Shown here piece by piece: positions 58,127-64,000 of a DNA stretch of 64,000 nt (position 1 is the stretch's first letter; every line of letters starts with the position of its first letter). A model generated the notes under the pieces. It saw only the letters and a list, made by a program, of their open reading frames with translations, was not told the origin of the DNA and searched no databases. The DNA is from Coleofasciculus sp. B1-GNL1-01 (lineage in GTDB: Bacteria > Cyanobacteriota > Cyanobacteriia > Cyanobacteriales > Coleofasciculaceae): assembly GCA_040220235.1 (NCBI GenBank), contig JAVJTO010000031.1; one strand, written 5' to 3'. The translations under genes and the position numbers were made by a program.

Positions 58127-59974
58127 ATGATAATGCAGCAGCCAGATCAAGGCGGTAAGGGGGATCAATCCCCAGATGTGCTGTCACCCGAACAAGCGTG
58201 GAAACTCTTGACAGCCCTAGCGGGTAAAGAGCGCATGTTGCAAGATCGAGGCGCACAGACGGTTGTACCCCTATTATGTGAATGGCTGGGATATCTGTCG
58301 TTAGGCATAGAATTAGTCGGGCGATACTTAGCCAAACACCCCGATATGTCTTTAACTGATATGCTCAAACGGCTGGAAGCGCGACATCCTGATTCAGCAA
58401 GCCAGCCGCCAAGCCAACCGACACTCCAATGGGGAATCAACACCATCTTGGAATGGGTTTGGAGAGAACTCAATCCCCTAAGCCAGCAGGTTGGTCAACT
58501 TTTGAGCTTATTTGCCCCCACCCTCTGGCGGTGGCAATGGTTAGACTATGCCAGTGAGGTTTTGCATTGGAAACAAGCCGATCTCGAGGCAGCGCAAACT
58601 CAACTGTATCAGTGGCGTTTAATTGAGTCAGTGGCAAATCGCCGGGGTTGCTACACAGTTCAGCCCTTAATTCGGGAGTTTTTTCGCAAAAAACTGGAGA
58701 CATTGGATGCACCCACCGTTTTTGTGTCTCACCCTCCTTTTCCGTTCCCACCCCAGGCGTCGTCCAAGCCGATTTCCCAGCCACCTCAACCGGATACTCA
58801 GTCTTCTTTGCCAAAGCAAATTTCCGATCAGGATTCAGCCTCGCAGACGCCACCTCCTAGAGAATGGTCTTCATTTCTCTCCCCTTATCCTGACGTCCCT
58901 GGGTCTGCTGAAGATTGCCTGATTGAGCAGCAACTCTATTTTCCGATTACGAATTCCACTTGTTCGTGTCAACGAGACAACCCTCACATTACTAATTCAG
59001 GAGTTTCCCAAAAAAGCAAGAATAAAGCACCACCCCTAAAACTTCAGGCTGATGACTTCAGGCAGGCTTTTACCGCTATTCTTATTGAACTGGTTCAGAA
59101 AATTCCTGATCATCCTACCCGAGAGCAGATAACGTTTTTGGAGGAGATCCTGCCTCACATTCAAGAAGTAGCCCACACCCTAGAATCAGCCGTAAGGGAT
59201 GAAGATTTACTCTGCTTATTTGACAGTTTGGGCAAATTCTCTAAAGGTCAAGGATTAACGGATTTACTTTGGCTATTCGATCACTTAGGTAGATTTTATC
59301 AGCATCAGGGAGTGGGCAATCAGGCAGAATCCTGGTTTCGGCGGTGCGTATCTATCGCCCAAGCCGCTTTTGGCGAGGAACATCTTGATGTTGCCACTAG
59401 CTTGAATAATTTGGCAGGACTTTATTATACTCAAGGTCGCTACAGTGAAGCTGAACCCCTTTATTTGCAAGCTTTAGAGGTGAAAAAACATCTGTTAGGC
59501 AATCATCATCTTGATGTTGCCACCAGCTTAAATAATCTGGCAGGACTGTACTATGCTCAAGGTCGCTACAGTGAAGCTGAACCTCTTTATTTGCAAGTTT
59601 TAGAGGTGAGAAAACGTCTTTTAGGCAATTGCCATCTTGATGTTGCCAGTAGCCTCAACAATTTGGGATTATTGTACTATGCTCAAGGTCGCTACAGTGA
59701 AGCTGAACCCCTTTATTTGCAAGCTTTAGAGGTGAGAAAACGTCTTTTAGGCAATTGTCATCCGGCTGTGGCAACTAGCATTAATAATTTAGCCGGACTC
59801 TACAATGCTCAAAAACGCTACAGAGATGCAGAATCCCTATTAGTTCAGGCATTAAGTTTGAGTGAACAGCACTTAGGACACGAGCATCCTAATACGGCTA
59901 TTTTTCGCAAAAATTTATCCATTCTCCGCACTCATAAGAAGGCTAATCGTCATTGGTGGCAGTGGTTATGGTAA
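58127..59974 (+). CDS. TPR protein with remnant of the NB-ARC helical domain
   Basis: LCEWLGYLSLGIELVGRYL; 42-aa repeats H.DVATSLNNLAGLY..QGRYSEAEPLY. Confidence 0.88.
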   Translation: MIMQQPDQGGKGDQSPDVLSPEQAWKLLTALAGKERMLQDRGAQTVVPLLCEWLGYLSLGIELVGRYLAKHPDMSLTDMLKRLEARHPDSASQPPSQPTLQWGINTILEWVWRELNPLSQQVGQLLSLFAPTLWRWQWLDYASEVLHWKQADLEAAQTQLYQWRLIESVANRRGCYTVQPLIREFFRKKLETLDAPTVFVSHPPFPFPPQASSKPISQPPQPDTQSSLPKQISDQDSASQTPPPREWSSFLSPYPDVPGSAEDCLIEQQLYFPITNSTCSCQRDNPHITNSGVSQKSKNKAPPLKLQADDFRQAFTAILIELVQKIPDHPTREQITFLEEILPHIQEVAHTLESAVRDEDLLCLFDSLGKFSKGQGLTDLLWLFDHLGRFYQHQGVGNQAESWFRRCVSIAQAAFGEEHLDVATSLNNLAGLYYTQGRYSEAEPLYLQALEVKKHLLGNHHLDVATSLNNLAGLYYAQGRYSEAEPLYLQVLEVRKRLLGNCHLDVASSLNNLGLLYYAQGRYSEAEPLYLQALEVRKRLLGNCHPAVATSINNLAGLYNAQKRYRDAESLLVQALSLSEQHLGHEHPNTAIFRKNLSILRTHKKANRHWWQWLW

Positions 59975-59975
59975 C

Positions 59976-60046
59976 AGCAAGATTAGGGAGCAAGACTAGG
60001 GAGCAAGATTAGGGAGCAAGATTAGGGAGCAAGATGCTCCCACTAC
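59976..60046. repeat. 13-bp tandem repeat (AGCAAGATTAGGG)x4 ending in a GGGAGCAAGATGCTCCC palindrome
   Basis: Directly visible. Confidence 0.9.
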
Positions 60047-60089
60047 TTTATAATTTACCCGTTTTTCGGGAAAAAGACTCCCTTTAGGA

Positions 60090-61676
60090 TTAAACAGCAG
60101 ACACTTTTAAGCTACTCGGTTCTCCCAGTTTTCCTTCTAAAACTACACCCCGTTGATTGGTGTGGAGATGGCGCAGAATTTTATAAATGGCTTCTATCTG
60201 ATCAGTCGCCCCCGCTTTCTGTGCCAACTGTGATAAAGACATCGGTTCTCCTTGATCCTGCAACACCTGAATTACCCGTTTCTGTAAATCCAAAATTGCA
60301 GAGGCGGCTTTTTTCCCGGCTTCTACTCCAGGTTGATGGTAAGCGTTGATATTCACCAGGGAGGCGTACAATCCTACAGCCCGATCATATAAAGCTATCA
60401 GCGCTCCAACCGTGCGAGGATTGACTTGGGGAATTGTTACGGTAATCGAATCTCGTTGATTGTCATACAACGCTTTTCGGGTTCCCTGTAATAAACCGGA
60501 TAAATAGTCACCGGACGTTACCCCGGCTTCTAGCTGTGGGGAGTGTCCCTCGCGATCGCGCAACACTTCAATAAAGGTGACAAAGAAATTAGGAACCCCT
60601 TCGCGCAACTGCTGCACGTAGGCATGTTGATCTGTTGAGCCTTTATTGCCGTAAACGGCGATTCCCTGATGTACAGTATTACCATCGAGGTCTTTTTCTT
60701 TACCCAAGGATTCCATCACTAACTGCTGGAGGTAGCGAGAAAATAGCAGCAGGCTATCTTTATAAGGTAAAACCACCATATCTTTTTCACCCTGACCATT
60801 CCCCGAAAAATACCAGGAAAGTGCCAGCAGCGCCGCCGGGTTTTCGTGGAGATTGTGGATACGGGTAGCACTATCCATTTCTTTGGCACCTGCCAGCATT
60901 TGGCGGATATCAATCCCTTGCAGTGCGGCGGGTAACAATCCCACTGCTGACATTTCTGAGGTGCGTCCTCCTACCCAGTCATACATAGGAAACGTCGCCA
61001 GCCACCCTTCAGATTTTGCCAGTTTCTCTAGGTTACTATCTTCACCCGTAATCGCCACGGCATGGGCAGCAAAGTCTAGTTTCTGGGATTCATAAGCTTT
61101 TTTTGCCTCAATCATGCCATTGCGGGTTTCCGGCGTTCCTCCAGATTTAGAAATTATCAAGACAAGTGTGTTAGCCAGACGATCTTGCAGTTTAGCAATA
61201 GTGGCATCAATCCCTGCCGGATCTGTGTTATCTATAAAATGAATCGCCAAGGGCGGGACGTTAGGAGCAAGGGCATCGGCGACAAACTCAGGACCCAATG
61301 CTGAACCGCCAATGCCGATGGAAAGAATATCAGTGAATCTAGATGAACCTGGGGGATGAATATCACCACTATGGACTTTAGTGGTAAAGGATTCAATCTT
61401 CTCTAAGACAGTGAGGATATCTTGACGTAGTTCGGGGGTGGGCGCTATGTCAGGATCTCGTAACCAATAGTGACCCACCATCCGATTTTCATCAGGATTG
61501 GCGATCGCGCCCCTTTCCAATGCCTCCATATCCTGAAATGCCTTCTCAAACTTAGGTCGCATCGCCTCGACAAAGGCATCATCAAATCGCATACGGCTGA
61601 CGTCGAGGTAAAAGTCTAACCCTTGGTGGTAATAGAGCCAGTCCTGATAGCGTTGCCAGAGTGCAGCGGCGTCCAT
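60090..61676 (-). CDS. pgi: Glucose-6-phosphate isomerase
   Basis: [49 protein letters not shown] 61676. Confidence 0.97.
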   Translation of the reverse strand: MDAAALWQRYQDWLYYHQGLDFYLDVSRMRFDDAFVEAMRPKFEKAFQDMEALERGAIANPDENRMVGHYWLRDPDIAPTPELRQDILTVLEKIESFTTKVHSGDIHPPGSSRFTDILSIGIGGSALGPEFVADALAPNVPPLAIHFIDNTDPAGIDATIAKLQDRLANTLVLIISKSGGTPETRNGMIEAKKAYESQKLDFAAHAVAITGEDSNLEKLAKSEGWLATFPMYDWVGGRTSEMSAVGLLPAALQGIDIRQMLAGAKEMDSATRIHNLHENPAALLALSWYFSGNGQGEKDMVVLPYKDSLLLFSRYLQQLVMESLGKEKDLDGNTVHQGIAVYGNKGSTDQHAYVQQLREGVPNFFVTFIEVLRDREGHSPQLEAGVTSGDYLSGLLQGTRKALYDNQRDSITVTIPQVNPRTVGALIALYDRAVGLYASLVNINAYHQPGVEAGKKAASAILDLQKRVIQVLQDQGEPMSLSQLAQKAGATDQIEAIYKILRHLHTNQRGVVLEGKLGEPSSLKVSAV

Positions 61677-62020
61677 AAGTAGCTTCTCAAATTCCTGTTT
61701 TTCCAATCACAAGTGTATGTTGTCCGGGGATCAGTTGTCAGTTTTCCTTTTCCAGTGGCTTAATCTTATCAGCTGTATCTGCCGTCTGAAGAGTTGGGTT
61801 ACTAGGTTGCAACTCTTCGAGAATACTTCGCCTACGTTCCTCAACCCTCCCCTACCAACAAGTGTTCCAATGGTTTCCCCTTCTCCCCCAGCTTCCCCAG
61901 CTCCCTCTGCTTCCCCAGCTTCCCCAGCTCCCTCTGCTTCCCCAGCTTCCTCTGCTCCCCCAGCTTCCCCAGCTCCCTCTGCTCCCCCAGCTCTCTTTGC
62001 CTCTGCCTGCTGAAAGCCTT

Positions 62021-62278
62021 TCAAATATACGGCTTGGGCAACACGCGCAAAAACTTGACGATGTGACCCGTCACTTCAATCCCTACCATATAGTTGTCGA
62101 TGGTAAATCGGTAAAAAATAGCATCTGAGCCGATGGGGTGAAGCCCTGGCAGGTCATGAATGCTTCTGAGATGCATGAACTTCTCAAAAACCACGTCATA
62201 GACCTGCTGATAGGCAGCCGACTCTAGGCTTTTGAGATCTTGTAAAAAAGACCGCGCATAGCGTACTTCTAGACTCAC
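62021..62278 (-). CDS. RelE/ParE-like protein (degenerate)
   Basis: V.YARSFLQDLKSL...FYRFTIDNY.VG...VKFLRVL. Confidence 0.75.
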   Translation of the reverse strand: MSLEVRYARSFLQDLKSLESAAYQQVYDVVFEKFMHLRSIHDLPGLHPIGSDAIFYRFTIDNYMVGIEVTGHIVKFLRVLPKPYI

Positions 62279-62328
62279 AGGATATACCCCGATTCCCCAC
62301 GAATCATTCTAGTCTTTCTGCAAAGATT

Positions 62329-62580
62329 TTAGGGCAGATTTAGCAGTCGCAGCGCCTCTTCACGAGTCATCGCATCTCCGGGTCGAATTGTTCGCATGGA
62401 TTCTTGCATGGCACAGAGCATATACAAGTCATAATAGAACGGTTGCAGAACTTTCCAGGCGTCTGCCAAGCTTTCATCAGGGAGTTGATCCACTAAATCA
62501 GGTAACTGTTGGGTTAAGCGTTGCAATCGACCTCTGAGTAAATTCATCAGCAAAGAATACTCCAATTGATTGACACTCAC
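62329..62580 (-). CDS. Putative antitoxin-like protein
   Basis: L.DQLPDE.L, PGDAMTREEAL tail; immediately upstream of the RelE-like gene. Confidence 0.7.
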   Translation of the reverse strand: MSVNQLEYSLLMNLLRGRLQRLTQQLPDLVDQLPDESLADAWKVLQPFYYDLYMLCAMQESMRTIRPGDAMTREEALRLLNLP

Positions 62581-63149
62581 CGCCCTATAATAGCGGTGAT
62601 TCTTCCGTCGCAGGGATTCCGATGAATTTACCCTCAGAAAGCATCTTGACCCTTCGGCTTATCTCGACTCCGCTCGATACAAGTCGCTCAGGGTCAACCG
62701 TGTGTCTCACGGCTGCAAGTCCTCTAATACAGACTATTTGAGCTACGGCTACATCTCTGTCGGTTGTGTAGCCGCAGTGATTACATGAATGGATACGCTC
62801 TGATCATAGTTTCTTGCCCGTTTCTGTTAAGCAATTGGGACATATTTGGCTCGTCTTGAGCCAAAATGTAGTCGTTCTCTTGCATAGGAGCAGTAACTGT
62901 GACCATTCAGCTATCCTATCCCAGCCTGACTTCCATCGACTAACCCGCATTGTGCAAAATTTACCAGACTTTGCCTCTGCGATCGCAGAGGCTTAGTTGC
63001 AGAGGCGTTGGCAAATGTACCGCAAGTGAATAGCATCTTGGCGCGGCTAGACTTAGACGGTTCTGGAGATGGTTGCTTCTGTCGAAGTTGTCAGCTTTTT
63101 ATCTCAGTTTGGACAAGTGGCTGACAGGAGAGAGACTTTAACGGTTTTA

Positions 63150-63273
63150 AGCTGTCACGCATTTAAATTGGGAATGGGTAGCGAGCAAGATGCAAAGCCT
63201 GCGGCATGGCTTCGCTTAACGCATTACAACGATTTTGCCGTTGTTTACATTACGGTTTAAATGCCGAACAACG
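63150..63273 (-). mobile_element. Second full copy of the 124-bp MITE-like element
   Basis: Reverse-complement similarity to 28506-28629, same length, TA flanks. Confidence 0.8.
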
Positions 63274-63475
63274 TATTCAACCTTTGACAAGCGATGAAGA
63301 TTCAGACTTGATTTCTAAGTTAATGAACAACCTGTAGGGGCGACCCGCTTACTCTAATTAACAATACCAATCTACTCAATTGGGTCGGGTCGCCCTTGAC
63401 TCAATTGGTTCCCACAGATTTCCCAGCGATTAAGCTATAGTTTGCTTATGGGAATGGTACGGGTAAAAGGTTAAT

Positions 63476-63871
63476 TTGACGGTGAAATTAGACGCGAACA
63501 CCATCAATGAGTTAGTTGAACTTCTCCAACCCTTCATGGAAGATGAGCGCAGCCGTCGCTCGATCCTAATCCTAGCGCTGGGTAATGATGCATCGGTGTT
63601 ACAACGCATCACTTGGAATGGTGCTGTTGCAACGTTTATCCCGGAGATGGTGGAAAAGCTAGCGGACTATGGCGAAATTGCACCGGGTAAACAAGCACTT
63701 TGGGCATTATTGGAGTATGTGCGATCGCACTCTGGTATCGATAGACAACAACGTATTGATAAACTGCGTCCTCGGATTGATTTAGGATGGCATTCTGAGC
63801 GAGTAACGGATACGTCTGATGTTGAAGCTCATTTCCCCTCTGAAAGAAAAGGCAACCGTCTCAGGGGGTGA
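63476..63871 (+). CDS. Small protein resembling a stand-alone effector-associated (EAD-like) domain
   Basis: ITWNG..ATF...V.KLADYG......ALWALLE pattern; TTG start. Confidence 0.6.
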   Translation: MTVKLDANTINELVELLQPFMEDERSRRSILILALGNDASVLQRITWNGAVATFIPEMVEKLADYGEIAPGKQALWALLEYVRSHSGIDRQQRIDKLRPRIDLGWHSERVTDTSDVEAHFPSERKGNRLRG

Positions 63872-64000
63872 CAAACTAGCTGAAGTGTTGAGCCATCCGG
63901 CTTTTAGCCCATTTCTTCTTGTTACAGATAGGGTCAAAGATAGCAGTTGTATCTGGGGGACTAGCCCCCCAGACCCCCCAATGGGGGACGAGCGCCTCCC

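Noticed and set aside
59380..59800. 126-bp periodic DNA repeat
   Set aside because: Explained by TPR coding repeats

Overview
Cyanobacterial chromosome segment, identified by abundant HIP1 GCGATCGC octamers, rubA-ycf48-psbEFLJ, petF and petG/cytM. The dense 7-bp and 9-bp tandem repeats and REP/MITE-like palindromes are typical of filamentous Oscillatoriales-type genomes. Most genes are housekeeping (glpK, gshB-grxC, ribF, aroF, cysH, hisC, futB, rsmD, pgi), plus a PPIase-HlyB-HlyD type I secretion locus, signalling proteins and five small toxin/antitoxin or toxin/immunity-like modules. The standout feature is missed by the ORF track. Upstream of a short DAHP synthase gene (aroF) that lacks a regulatory domain lie TWO tandem, complete ribosome-dependent transcription attenuators. 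Each has an aromatic-rich leader peptide (MLNCNNYFYFWFTEVHRR; MTTYLNHWFTLFYFFWFGSSSG), an antiterminator helix and an intrinsic terminator. Other notable items are: a ~305-bp IS200/IS605-like non-autonomous relic between ycf48 and psbE; a stand-alone Ntox34-like toxin with a HEAT-repeat partner; a toxin-like gene broken by a 1-nt frameshift next to an intact immunity-like gene; an Mrr-like nuclease-ParA fusion; a 130-bp direct repeat bracketing a MazF/XRE islet; nested MITEs; and repeats embedded in frame in coding genes. All family assignments are by motif recognition from memory; no searches were run.
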